DNA of 64,000 bases from positions 83,638,001-83,702,000 of the forward strand of contig NC_091481.1 of the NCBI RefSeq assembly GCF_036971445.1, written 5' to 3'. The position numbers and the translations under genes were made by a program. Below the pieces are notes generated by a model. That model saw nothing but the letters and a program-made list of their open reading frames with translations. It made no database searches and was not told the DNA's origin. Numbering within the stretch: the stretch's first letter is position 1; every line of letters starts with the position of its first letter. The stretch is from Narcine bancroftii. Taxonomy: Eukaryota. Positions 48,751 through 61,660 of this stretch are shown here, in pieces.

Positions 48751-51700
48751 AGGCAGGCGAACTGGCCCCGCATGTCACGCACGCGGCGGGGCAGCCGGCC
48801 AAAATGGCACCGTTGGGAGTTTCTTCCCGACCTCGGCACCAGGCTTAGAAGCACGCGCTCTGCAGCCCTCATGAAGCCCTGACGGCATCCGGGCTCACGA
48901 CGCGGTTCTCAGCCAGGTACGGGCTGGGAGTTTAAGAACAGCCAGGCAGACCTCAAAAAATCAGTTTTGCTCACTGAACTCAACCCGTTTGGTTCAGTAA
49001 GCAGAGTAGCTATCGATACATCGGTAACCCCGACAGGTTCAAACGCCTTTGAACCCAATATGAATGACTCCTCGATCAACACTATAGCCATCAAGCTTCC
49101 TGACTTCTGGGTTCAGGAGCCTGAGACCTGGTTCAGCCACGCAGAGGCTCAGTTTCACCTCCACCAGATTTAATCAGATACGACCAAGTTTTATCATGTG
49201 GTCGCCACCCTGGACCAGGCCACTGCCATTCGAGTGCTGCACCTCATCCAGCACCCTCCCACAGAAGACAAATATGGGACCGTCAAGCGTATGCTCACCG
49301 GCTCCCTTGGCCTCTCCAGGTGCCAGCGTGCCGTTTGGATGCTTCACCTCGATGCCTTGGGAAACAGAACTCCAATCGTGTTGATGGATGAGATGCTTGC
49401 ACTCATGGGCGATCATACCGCCTGCCCATTTTTCGAGTGCATCTTCCTTGACCATATGCCGGAAGACATCCGGCCATTACTGTCCCAGGAGAGCTTTGAC
49501 GATCCCAGGAAGGTCGCTCAAAAAGCTCAGGAGCTATGGCTTGAACGATTCCCGGCGGGCTCAGCAGTCCAACTGGTTACGAGTCCTAGGCATGACCACG
49601 TCAAGCCTTCCTCCTGCGCTGCGGAGGAACACTCGGCCCCTGCAGGAGCCTCAAAGAGCATAGACAGAAGCAAGCCATCCACTTCAGGCCTCTGCTTCTT
49701 CCACCAGCGCTGGGGAGCCAAGGCTCGGAAGTACTGTCAGCCCTGCTCGTTCCAGGGAAACGAGCAGGCCGGCCACTGTTAATGGCTACAGCGGGTGGCC
49801 AAGAACAATCTCTACCTGTGAGATGTAATCAGCGGCCAACGGTTCCTCGTCGACACCGGGGCCCAAATCAGCGTCATCCTGGCCACAGCCATCGAGTCCC
49901 GGATCTGGCCACAGCCATCGAGTCCCGGATCTGGCCTCGAGGGTCTCCACTCCGTGCAGCCAACTCGACGGAGATCCAAACTTATGGTAACAAGAGTGTC
50001 CACTTCCAGCTCGGCCAGTGGAAGTTCTTGTGGAGGTTCACCGTTTCGTCTCTCCGAACCTCCATCCTGGGTGTCAACTTCCTCCTCGCCCACGGGCTCC
50101 TGGTCCACCCCCAGGTAGGTGACTTGTCGATGCCCATACCTTCCAATCCATTTGTCTTAATGCCTCCCGCACAGAGCAGCTGCAGATGGCCATGGTCAGC
50201 GCACCCAAGGACGAGTTCCAGTGCATCCTGGATGAGTTCCCGTCCCTTCTCAAGCCGCAGTTCTCCCCCGCCTCACCACGCCACGGGGTGTTTCATCATA
50301 TCCCCACCTCGCCTGTCCATGCCAAGGCACGCCGGCTCCCGTCGGAGAAGCTCCAGATAGCAAAAGAGGAGTTCTCACATCTGCAGGAGCTAGGGATCAT
50401 TTGACACTCTGAAAGTCCTTGGGCCTTACCGCTCCACTTGGTCCCGAAAGCTTCCGGTGGCTAGCGCCCCTGTGGAGATTATCGACGGCTTAATGATGCG
50501 ACAGTACCTGAGCGTTACCTGATCCCTCACATTCAGGACTTTACGGATAACCTGCGTGGCGCGAGGGTTTTCTCCAAGGTCGACCTGGTGCGCAGATATC
50601 ATCAAATCCCGGTGCACCCCGAGGACATCCCCAAAACGGCCATCATCACCCCCTTCGGCCTGTTCGAATTTCTACGAATGCCTTTTGGCCTCAAGAATGC
50701 AGCCCAGACCTTCCAGCGCTTCGTGGATACGGTGGGCAGAGATTTGAACTTTGTGTTCATTTATCTAGACGATATTCTTGTCGCCAGCAGAGACTGGGCC
50801 CAACACAAGTCTCACCTGCGCACCCTCCTCTCCTGACTGGCCGACTTCGGCCTAATGATCAATCTGGCCAAATGCCGGTTCGGGAAAGAGTCCATGCGGT
50901 TCCTGGGCCATACCATCACAGCGAAAGGAGCTGCTACGAAGGTTGGCGCAATCAGGGAGTTCCCGCAACCGGACAACCTCAAGGGGCTACAAGAGTTCGC
51001 AGCTATGATTAACTTCTATAACCGATTTATTCCAGGCAGTGCTCGCATCATGCAGCTGCTCTTCGCCCTCATCATGGCCAAGGACAAGACGTTCACCTGG
51101 ATTCCAGAGGCCAACAGGGCATTCAAAGCCACAAAAGATGCCCTTGCGAAGGCTACCCTGCTCGTCCAACCGCGCACCGACCTTCATACAGCGCTCTCCG
51201 TCGATGCCACCGCCATCGGTGCTGTCCTGGAGCAGCAGGTTAACGGAGAGTGGAAATCACTGGCATTCTTCAGCCGGCTTCTTCGTCCGCCAGAGCGCAA
51301 GTATAGCGCTTTCGACCATGAGTTGCTGGGCGTGTACCTCGCTGTGCATCATTTTCGCTTTTTCTTGGAGGGGAGGCCTTTCTCCATTTTTACTGACCAC
51401 AAACACCTCACTTAGGCACTCGCTATGGCTAGAGATTCCTGGTCGGCCCGTTGACAGCGTCACCTGTCCTTTGTGTCGGAGTTCACCACTGACATTCGGC
51501 ACAAGGTGGGGAAAGACAATGTGGTCGCCGGCGCGTTCTCCCGACCGGCCATTTGCTCACTGACACCCGGGTTAGACTACGACCAGCTTGCCCGGGCCCA
51601 GAAGTCCGACGAAGAGACGCAGACCTTCAGGACTGTCATCACAGGCCTGCGGTTCCAGGACCTCCTGACTTCTCTTGGTGACGATATCATCCTGTGCGAT

Positions 51701-52878
51701 GTCTCCATGGGCACCTCGCGACCAGTGGTTCCCCAGCAGTGGCGCAGGCAAGTCTTCCACCATATCATCCCACCCTTCCATCAAGTCCACAGTTCGTATG
51801 GTGGCAGAACGCTTCATCTGGCATGGGCTTTGAAAGCAGATTTCAGACTGGTCCAGGACCTGCACCCATTGCCAGCTTTTTCAAGGTACACAAGCACACC
51901 AGAGCACCCGTGCAGGATTTCGAACAAGTCCGAGAATGGTTCAGCCATGTACATGTGGACATTGTCGGCCCCTTACTCGTTTCCCTAGGTAACTGCTACC
52001 TTTTCTCGGTGGTAGACTGCACCACTCACTGGCCCAAGGCGATTCCGATGCCAGATGCCTCCGCGGACTCCTGCTCCCGAGCACTTTTGACCAGTTGGGT
52101 TGCCTGGTTCGGTGTCCCGACCCACCTCACCAGCGAACGAGGCGAGCAGTTCACCTCCACGCTCTGGGCACAGCTCGCCAACAGACTGGGATTCGAGCTG
52201 CATCACACAACGGCCTATCACCCACAGGCCAATGGACTGGTCGAGCAATTGCACCACCTCCTTAAGTCGGCACTTATGGCCCTCCTCACTGGCCCCAACT
52301 GGGTGGATGAGCTGCCTTGGGTATTCCTGGGCATCCACTCAACAGCCAAAGAAGACCTGCAGGCGTCATCGGCCAAGCTGGTCTAGGGTGCACCGCTTGC
52401 CCTACCTGGTGAGTTTATCAATGCACCTCACAGCCCTCAACAGTCACCCCACAGTTTACTTCCCCGCCTCCGAGCCCAGTTGGACTCCTTCACACCGCCA
52501 CCACCGCCCAGACACAGCACATGGGCCTCCTCCATCCCCAGCGAGCTGTATTCCACAGAATATGTTTTTATCAGGCGAGGCCCGTCCACAGCACCCCTTC
52601 AAAGACCTTACGAAGGGCCGTACAGAGTCATCCAGCATTCAGGATCCACTTTCACACTGGATATCGGTCATAAGAGGGAACTGTTTACTGTGGACAGATT
52701 AAAGCCAGCATGCCTCGACCCCAACGAGTCAGTGGTTGTGGCCCAGCCCAAGAAGCGAGGCCGTCCGGCAAAGAAGGACATTGGCTCCAGTTCTGGGGGG
52801 GGACTCTGTGGTGGCACTCCATTAGGCAGACGAACCGGCCCCGCGTGTCATGCACGTGGTGGGGCAGCTGGCCAATGG
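48751..52878 (+). mobile_element. Decayed Gypsy/Ty3 LTR retrotransposon (gag-PR-RT-RH-IN) in an NKPD1 intron, antisense to the gene
   Basis: Partial 5' LTR to 49020; PBS-like CGGTAACCCCGAC; gag (KLPDFWVQEPETWF...CFFHQRWG); protease FLVDTGAQISV; [16 protein letters not shown] and YLDD; RNase H; integrase HVDIVGPL, TTAYHPQANGLVE and GPY; G8 PPT at 52795-52802; partial 3' LTR from 52807. Confidence 0.93.
49060..52790 (+). pseudogene. Gypsy gag-pol pseudogene (multiple stops and frameshifts)
   Basis: TAA in gag at 49171-49173; 26-bp duplication in the protease; stops ending at 50404, 50836, 51415 and 52386. Confidence 0.9.
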
Positions 52879-54621
52879 TAAGAATTATCCTGCAGACATT
52901 AAACTCAAGCACCTTGGTAACCTGCATTCCGCCGACACTCTTGGTCTTGCACTGGTGTCAGCCACAGATTCAACCCACTGCCTCCTAGGATCTCCTGCTA
53001 TCTTTACCTTCTGTGAATTTTAGTTGTCTTTATTGGATGAAGCCAGCAGCTGCAGTGCCCCTCCATAATGTTTGGGACAGACATTTTTCCTCTTTATTTG
53101 CCCCTGTGCTCCACAGTTTTAAATTTGTAATCAAACAATGCATGTGCGATTTTAAGTGCTCATTCCATATTTTATTCAAGTATATTTGTGTACTCCAGGA
53201 AAGATCCTTGGAAATTCTCGACCTGCTCCACTGCTGATCCCTGGATGAGGGCTGGGTCGTGTCCCCTGACTTCCACAATCATCTCTTTGGTTTTGCTAAT
53301 GTTCAGTGCGACGCCATTCAACGAGCTGATCAACCTCCCTCCAAGTTCGCTTCCTCATTACCGACAACCCTGGTGTCTTTGGCCAACTTGTAGACACCAT
53401 TGGAATCATGCCTGGCCACACAGTCATGGGTGAAGAAGGAGTAGAGCAGTGTTATGTGAGGACACGGGGAGTCATTGGGAATGTAGGAAGAATAAAATGG
53501 GGTTCTGTAAAATTAACGCAGGTGGGCGTTTGAAGGTCACTGCAGGCCTGTTGTATGACTCCGACTGTTCGTGCGTTCACCCACCACCGTCTCAAGGGTG
53601 AGACCTGCAGATGCTGGAATCTGGATCAAACATTCCTCGAGGAAGTTTGATTTCTGCACCTCCTCGAGGGTCATTGTGGATCGGCAGCAGCTGCCCTTTG
53701 ACGGGCAGCTGTTCAAATTCTGCCACTGAAAGAGGCTGCCAGTTCACTTGGGCCTCTCTGGCCTACTCCAGTATAGAATAGTGGATCAAAAGTAAAGACC
53801 AAAAGATGTATAAAGAAAGTGACTTCTAAATAAGATACTGGAACAAATGTGTACCTATGCATTCATTATACATAGATTCACCCTAAAAGGCTGAATTTTG
53901 TTAGGTTGTTGGAAACCCTTTTAGACAATTCAAAAACCCTTTGTTACCATTCTAATTGACCACCAATTAAGAACTTTCCGTTTGTACAAATCAATATATG
54001 CTACATCCATTAAAATGTGTTTAAAATATGAGGCTGAAATCTTAATGGAGATTTTTATCACAGCACAACCATATAAACGTGTGTAATAGTGGACACTAAT
54101 GTGTAAAAGTCAACCCCCTCTATTTTCTGGCCCAAAATCTGGTATTTTCCATCTACTGCATGCAAAAGTTGACCCCCCCCTCCTCCCCCTATTTTTGACC
54201 ATGGCTATCCGCCCACTGGAGCTCCCGACACCCTGACCTGGGCCCCACGGCCAGCCGCTCGCCCGCCCGCCCATCCTAGCTCCCAACGCCTTGAACTTAC
54301 TGCAGTCAAAAGTAGCATGCGTACAACAGCTGATCCCCTCAATTTTACCGCAAAAAATATATATGACACACATATATACGGTATGGGCGTTCAATGTCCT
54401 GATGTGCCCACTGGAGAAATGCTTTGTGATCAATCTATAGAATTTGATACTTGGAGTCAATGCTATGATACATATGAGTATTGATCTGATTCCATGGTCT
54501 GTCCTAGTTCTTGAACAAGTTAAGGGGAAGAACACACGACTATCCTTCAAAGCAAACACATTTCGTTTACCAATTAAAAATTGAAGATCAATAATTAATC
54601 GGGTGAAATGAGTGAACTTAC

Positions 54622-54750
54622 TTTCTACATTTTGCAGAAGGCAGTTGATTCCCGAGCCCCATGGTGCATATAGCCCGACTGTCATCGGAGTGGAAACATA
54701 GCACAGAGTTTTGGCAAGGCATCTTGCATAACTACCATACAGAGTTGAAC
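54622..54750 (-). CDS. NKPD1: NKPD1 coding exon 2 (Walker A region)
   Basis: Acceptor GACGTCTTCAG|; encodes GSTLYGSYARCLAKTLCYVSTPMTVGLYAPWGSGINCLLQNVE; donor A|GTAAGT; 129 nt, phase 1 to phase 1; similar to the CLAKTLC...TVGFYAP segment of NKPD1. Confidence 0.88.
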
Positions 54751-55519
54751 CTGAAGACGTCAATTAAATGGAATTGTTTATTAACACGTAACTGAGATAA
54801 AGTGCAACACTTTATCTTACATGATATCCAGGCAAGTTCACCCAAGTAATTAACAACTGATCTGTTAGTCATACATTGGGAATCTAGGCTGTACTGTTTC
54901 CCCACCCAGTGCCCATTGCTTTTCACTCACAATACATGACCAAAGATTGATGATTGATTATATTGGTTTGGTGGAGAGTGAATGGGGTTGAGGAGGAGAG
55001 TTGGGCATACTTGTTGGATTTCATTCTTGGACACCATTCAGGTAGTCAAGTGGAGTTGCACTGCTTTGGCCCACAGTTTTCAGATTCAGATGATCAGATT
55101 GATTGTCAGAGTAGGTACGTGACACCACATACAACCCTGAGATTATTGTTCCTGCGGGCAAGGCTGAATGACCACTTACTGGTAGGGCAAAAAAAAAACT
55201 GCACTCAACGTACACGTGTAAACAAATTTTAAAAATGTAAACCAATAGAGAGAGAAAAATCAATGAAGTCCAAAAGTAAGAGCCCTTAAAAGAGTCGCTG
55301 ATTGAGTTGTTAAGGAGTCTGAAGGTGGAGGGGTAGCAGCTGTTTCTAAACCTGGTAGCATGAGCCTTCTGGCACTTGCACCTCTTTCCTGATGGCGGCA
55401 GCGAGAACAGAGCATGTGCTGGGTGGTGCGGATCCTTGATGATTGCTGCTGTTCTCTGACGGTAGTGTTCCTTTTGACCCTTCATTAGTGCCAGCTGGAC
55501 AGAGAGCTTTGATGGTCAT

Positions 55520-55900
55520 TTAGGTTGATTCCAGGGATGAAGGGGGTTAGCCCACGAGAAGAGATTAAGGCATCTGGGACTGTACCCACTGGAATTTAGA
55601 AGAATGAGAGGGGATCTTATAGAAACATAAAATGATGCAAGATAAGATGGAGAAGGATAAGTTGTTCCCATTGGTAAGGGAGAATTGAACTGGGGACATA
55701 GCCTCAAGATCCAGGGGAGTAGAATTAGGACGGAGATGCTTTTACGAGAGGGGGGTGAATCTGTGGAATTCACTGCCTATTGAAACAGTGGAGACAAGGT
55801 TAGATAGATTTTTACATATTAAGGGCTATGGGAAAAAGGCAAGTAGGTGGAGATGAGCCTATCATATCAGCCATGATCTCATTGAATGGCGGAGGAGGCT
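55520..55900 (+). mobile_element. CR1/HER1-type LINE 3' fragment
   Basis: LGLYPLEFRRMRGDLIET remnant and family 3' tail. Confidence 0.75.
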
Positions 55901-57869
55901 CCAGTTACTCTTTTATGTAGGTGTTCAATTTGAAAAAGAGGAGGATGAGAGGTCTAACAGAGTAAGCATTATATCACAAGGAACCAAAGGGGGACAAGAG
56001 AGTCTGTATCCACTAACAATGGGCTGTGCTTTAACCACAGAGGAGCAGGTTCACAAAAAAAAACACATTCTATAACCGTGGGTGGGCACTGCAGCAGCCT
56101 CAAGGGATGCAGACTCCAGAGGAGCAGGATACCAGAAATGGGAAGAACACCCTCCATTGAGAAGGAGAAGCAGAGAAGACGACCCTACATGCTGGTTACC
56201 ACGGCTGCAGACCAGTGAGGGGCTCAGCGGCTGAAGGAACCACACAGGTCGGTGAATCTGAATGGGCTGCAGGCTGCTGGAGACTGGCTCATGGGAACCA
56301 GGTATCAGAGCCAGGATTCGAGAGAGCCTTGGGTGCTGAAGGTTTCCTGATTGTGTCATAGGTTCGGATCTGGAGCTCAGGTTGCTGATGGTTTGGACTG
56401 GAGTCTGTGTCGCTGCAGAGGCTGCGGGACGCTGGAGGTAAATCTGAGGCTCCTGGCACCCATCTGAAAATGTTACAGAGACACAGCACTCCTGCAAGGT
56501 CCAGCCACCCAGTGCAACTACTATCAGCTCTGTACCGGCTTTAAACGGCCTGTTATTGGAGCCGATGGTGATTTTATTTGAAAATTCTGTGACCCCGTGG
56601 TCTGTGCCCAAGATGGCGGCGCCTCTGATTGGCACCAGCCACGTGGAGTTGCAGACTCTGGGGAACCAGAGGACTATTTACACAATGCTCCCAGTAAATG
56701 TCATCTTTAGGGGAAAGATCCTCTCGATCTCCTGTTTAGACCCAGTCTGATGGTTTGTAGAACCGTACCATACAATGGTGCAGCCAGACAGGACGCTCTC
56801 AATCATGCTCCTGTAAATAGATGTCAAGATGGGGGCCAGTAGTCTTGCCCTCCTCAACCTGCTTTGGAATTGTTGGCACTGCTGCGCCTTCCTGACTGAG
56901 TCCAGGATAAGTCTCCCCTTATATACACACCAAGCAACTTGGTGCCCTCCATGACGGAACCGTTGATGCGTGGTGGAGAATGATCGATCTTCGCCTTTTG
57001 AAGTCCTCACTCATCTCATTTGTCTTGTTCACGTGGAGACTCAGGCTGTTTTTCTCACGTTGATTTTTGAGCCTTTCATCCTCCTCCCTGTAGTGGTTAT
57101 GAGACCATCTACCGTCGTGCCACCTGCAAGTTTAATTGTTCTGTTGGGAGACCATCTACCGTCGTGCCACCTGCAAGTTTAATTGTTCTGTTGGAACAGT
57201 GCATTCGTGGATCAGCAATGTGGGCTGAGGACACAGGCCTGAGGTGCACTTGTGCTCATCATGCTCACCAGGATGAAGGAGGTGGCCTTGAAACCTATGG
57301 GGACAGTGGACTGCTGTAGTCGATGTTCGTTGCGACCTCTGTCAACTGGGCCCCACAGACTCTCAGCATCCGACCAAGTATGTTATGTGGATCTGCTGCT
57401 CTGTGTGAGATCTTCTAATTTTTAGAAATTTAGGCACAGTGCCGTAACGGGCCATGAGCCCATGCCACCCCAATAACCTACTACCCCAGGTACGTTTTGA
57501 GACACAGAGAGTGCGGGATTCGAACCCACGTCTGGTCCCGATCATCGGGGCTGTTAAGGCATTGCACTAACTGCTATGCCAACCATGCTGTTCTGGAGGT
57601 CCTGTTGGTTTTTCAGTGTCATTCATCTATGACCAATTTTGCTTTGTAATTTCAATCTTTTTTATCATAAGTAGAAATCTCACTCTTAATCTTATGCTTG
57701 TTACAAAAAGTGGTTGAAGAAGGGCCTGTGAGTACCTTCAAAGTTGGTAGGTAAATTGCTTGTAAATAGGAGATAATGATCAGGGTAAACAAGTTGGAGC
57801 TTGTTTAGATTGGGTGGGGGTGGAATACAAAAGGATATGTGAGTGGCCAGATGAATAGAAAAACATTGA

Positions 57870-58670
57870 AATAAAACACAGGTGCCCAAGGAACTCAACC
57901 AGTCTTGCAGCAACCACAGAAAGATATATTACCAAAGTTTCGGGCCTGAGCCCTTATTCAAGGTATAAACAAAAATGCAGACAGGCATCTGAATTAAAGA
58001 CTGGGGAGAGGAATGGGAAGTGGTGGAGGGAGACAGAATCCAGACGGAACAGGAAAAACGTGTCAATTGGATGTGATGAGAATTGATTTTGGTGCTGTGA
58101 AAGGAAACAGGCAAAAGGGATAAGAGAGAGAGAACTTCTCCAGTTTCTGTTAAAGCCAATGGAAACCAGAGAGGTCAATGTTAATGCCATCTGGTTGCAG
58201 GGAACCTAGACAAAAGATTGACCTTCCAATTTGCGGGAGGTCTCAGTCTGGCAATGAATGAGACCATGGACAGGCAGACACATCAGCAAGGGATTGGGGG
58301 TGGGGAGTGGGGATTGAAATGGGTGGCCACTGGCAGATCCAATTATTGCAGCAGACAGAGCTGAGGTGCTCAACCAAGCGATCTCCCAGTCTGCACCCAG
58401 TCTCTCCGATGTGTAGGAGACCACAATGGGAGCACCGGATGCAGTAGACGACCCCTGAATATTCACAAGTGAAGCATCACTTCATTTGATGGAGAGGGAC
58501 GGGGTAGGGGGGGGAGGTGCAGCATCTTCTCCGGTCACGGGGGTAAGTGCCAAGGGGATGATTGGTGGGAAGGGAGGAGTGGACGAGGGAGTCATGGAGG
58601 GAGCAGTGGAAGGCGGAGAAGGGAGGAGAGAAGAATTCGTGTCTGGTGGTGGGATCACGTCATGAGTGGC
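57870..58670 (-). mobile_element. Penelope-like element 3' portion with GIY-YIG endonuclease remnant
   Basis: Minus-strand frame FTCEYSGVVYCIRCSHCGLLHIGETGCRLGDRLVEHLSSVC (GIY-YIG with CxxC), then the HGLIHCQTETSRKLE tail and a terminal repeat with a hammerhead-like remnant at 57931-57964. Confidence 0.85.
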
Positions 58671-59170
58671 GATAAGAGGCTGGTATTAACCTGCACTGGA
58701 AAATCAATTTAAATTGCTCAAGACCTCAATATTATAGCAGTTGATGGAGAATATTAACCCCACCTTTGTGGTTTTGAAACTCCACAATATCTTTTCAGGA
58801 ACTTAATGACTCCAATTCATTTCCTCTCAGTAGTGAATATAAATAATAAAATATCCAAAAATTTAGATCTCTGAGAGTGACAGTAGAATCTATGACTACC
58901 TGCACAGGTAGGATTTGACCTGAAAAGACATGCAGTTATTGACGATCAACCACCTCGATGAGGGGCTCAATCCCGAAACATCAGTTATATAATTTTACCT
59001 TTGCTACCTAAAGGACACTGTTCGACTGGCTGAGTTTCTCCAGCATTGTATTTTCACTTCAACCACGACGTCTGCAGACTTTTGTGTTTTACAGCTGTCA
59101 ACCACCTTACCAGTCCAAACTAGCAACACAATAATGAATTTTCCCAACCAGATTCAAAGTATTTTCTTAC

Positions 59171-59192
59171 CTTTGCATTCATCTTTGGACAT
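59171..59192 (-). CDS. NKPD1: NKPD1 probable first coding segment (MSKDECK-G); the exon likely extends to 59460 as 5' UTR
   Basis: GCCAGGATGT Kozak context with an upstream in-frame TGA; donor AAG|GTAAGA, phase 1, matching exon 2; acceptor CTTTGCCAG| at 59461. Total CDS 22+129+1652 = 1803 nt, i.e. 600 aa plus stop. Confidence 0.6.
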
Positions 59193-60299
59193 CCTGGCTT
59201 GAGGCCCCCTTTCTAGCTGAGATATACAATGTGGAAGTCGAGAATCTCAGCTGGCGTTCGTTATCAGCAGATGCACATTCTCTGCTGTTGCAAAAAAGCT
59301 GGTTCTACCTGAGGCGCAGATTACAAACATCCAGGAGAGGGGTGGTAACTTCCTCAGGCTGCTGTCACACCTTTCATGATCTCTCGATATCTTCTTACTG
59401 TATGGCGATGGGATGGAACACCATGCTCCTGGTTAAGTCTCATCTGTGATTTATGAATATCTGGCAAAGCGTGTTTCTATCCATTTTCAGGGATCTGACT
59501 GTCACTGGCAAGGCCCATCTTTTTTGCCTTTGATAGAGTGGTGTTAAACTGGCTTCTTGAATCCTCCACCACCCCCTGCCCCCCACCGATTTGACATGAT
59601 CTATCAGGATCTTTCTCTGAAGCGGGCACGCAAAACCCCTTCCACCCTGCATCTTCCACGGCATCTTTCAGCTGCTCTCATCGGGAAAGAGGTACAGGAG
59701 GATCAGAGCCAGCACCACCAGGCTGAGGAACGGCTTCTTCCCAAGAGCAGTGAGAATGCTGAACGACCCAAGGAACTGCTCACACTAACATAGGAGACTC
59801 TCATAGTCACGAAACAATATTTATTTATTATCAGTAATATACTTGTCCTGCATATGTATTATTTGTCTGTATGTGTGTTATGTCTGGTTGTGTGAATGCA
59901 TGCCTTCACCGAGGAGCGGAGAACACTGTTCCGTCGGGTACGACTTGTACAATCAGATGGCAGTAAACCTGACTTAACTTGACCCCTGTCTTTAATTTTT
60001 TTAAATATTTTAAAATTTTTAACACTATTTCTGAGTGCAATGTGATAGGGAACTGCCATATTTAGACTCTTGAGTCAAACATCAGGAAAACAGGGTCTCT
60101 GGCCCATACACCAGTAATGATGAAGGAACAGCCATAGGTTTCCAAATCAAGGTAGTGTGCGAGGTGCGTGCAGGTCCAGTATTCCAATGCATCTGAAGCC
60201 ATTCCCTCTGCTGGAGGCTATTTTGCATCAACAGAGAAAATGATCAACCAAGCTGAGATTCTCCATTTCGAAGGGGGCACAAGCCAGGATGTCCAAAGG

Positions 60300-61660
60300 T
60301 AAGAAAATGATGAGTTGAATAGACATGAGGGGGAGACAAGTAGAGGTGGTGTATTTGGATTTTTTTGGAAGGTGTTTAATAAAGTCTCTTGTAACAGGCC
60401 CAGGTTTTAGGGGTAATATTAGAGTAGCCGAGACAAGTAACAACAGGGTGATTTGTAGATGCATCAGGGGTATCAGTAATGATTGTTTAGGCAATGGATT
60501 AGATAGTAGTTTTGTCCTGTTGGCATCAAGAGTTGTTGGAACTGCATTCGTCAAGTGAATGGGGAGTATTCCACCGCACTCCTGACTTTATAAAGTCTCG
60601 AGGGGCATAGATGATAGGGTAGGGGAGTGTAAAACAATAGGACACAGGTTTAAAGCTACGTTGGCATTTGTTTCAAAGGTGATTGTGTATAAGAATAAAG
60701 AGATGTTGATAAGACTCTTATGGGGCACTGGTGAGACCTTATCTGGAGGACTGTGTGCAGTTTTGGGCCCCATATCTTAGAAAGGATAGAGCAAGGTTGG
60801 AGAGAGTACTGAGGAGGTTGACCAGAAAAATTCAGGATTGAGAAGTATAACATGAGGAACACTTACCGACTCTTGGACTCTTCATTAGAACATAGAAGAA
60901 TGAGAAGGGATCTCATAGAAACATTTTGAATAATGAATGGATTGGACAGAGTGGATGTAAATAAGATGTTTTCCCTGTTGGGTGATTCCAGGACAAGAGG
61001 ACATAGTCTTAGAATTAAAAAGTGCCCATTTACAACAGAGATGAGGAGAAATTTCTTTAGCCAGAGGGTCATGGATTTGTGGAGTTCGTTGCCACATGCA
61101 GCTGTGGAGGCCCGGTCATTGGGAGAATTTAAAGGGGAAATTAGTATCTAATTAGTCAGGGTATCACAGGATATGGGGTCAAGGCTGGAACTTGGAACTA
61201 GATTCGAGAACAGTTTAGCTCAGGGAGGATTCACGGAGCAGATTCGATGGGCCAAATGACCTGCTTCTGTTCCTTTTCCTTGTGATCTTGTGGACAAGAC
61301 CTGAGGGACAACTTTTTCACACAGAGGGTGGAGCGTATATGGGAATAAGCTGCCAGCGCAACTGGGTAAGGTGAGATTCAAACCAGAGGACATGGGTTAA
61401 GGGTGAAAGGGGAAAAGTTTAGGGGGAACATGAGGGGGATCTTCTTCACGCAGTGAGTGGTGGGAGTGTAGAACGAGCTGCCAGCTGAAGTGGGGAATGA
61501 GGGCTCAATTTTCACATTTATGAAAAATTTGGACAGGTACATGGATTGGGGGGTGGGTGGGTTATGGAGGGCTATGGATTGGGTGCAGGTCAGGTCAGCA
61601 ATAATAGTTTGTCACAGATCAGAGGGGCAAAGGGCCTGTTTTCTGTGCTGTAACCTTCCA
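60300..61660 (+). mobile_element. Cluster of CR1/HER1-type LINE fragments
   Basis: VVYLDF, NGLDRVDVNKMF...SRTRGHSLRIK...FFSQRV.DLW, and a second 3' end at 61370-61660. Confidence 0.85.

Noticed and set aside
54110-54621. Continuation of the 217-aa ORF beyond the NKPD1 exon
   Set aside because: It is intron read-through after the GTAAGT donor, running into a MITE remnant.
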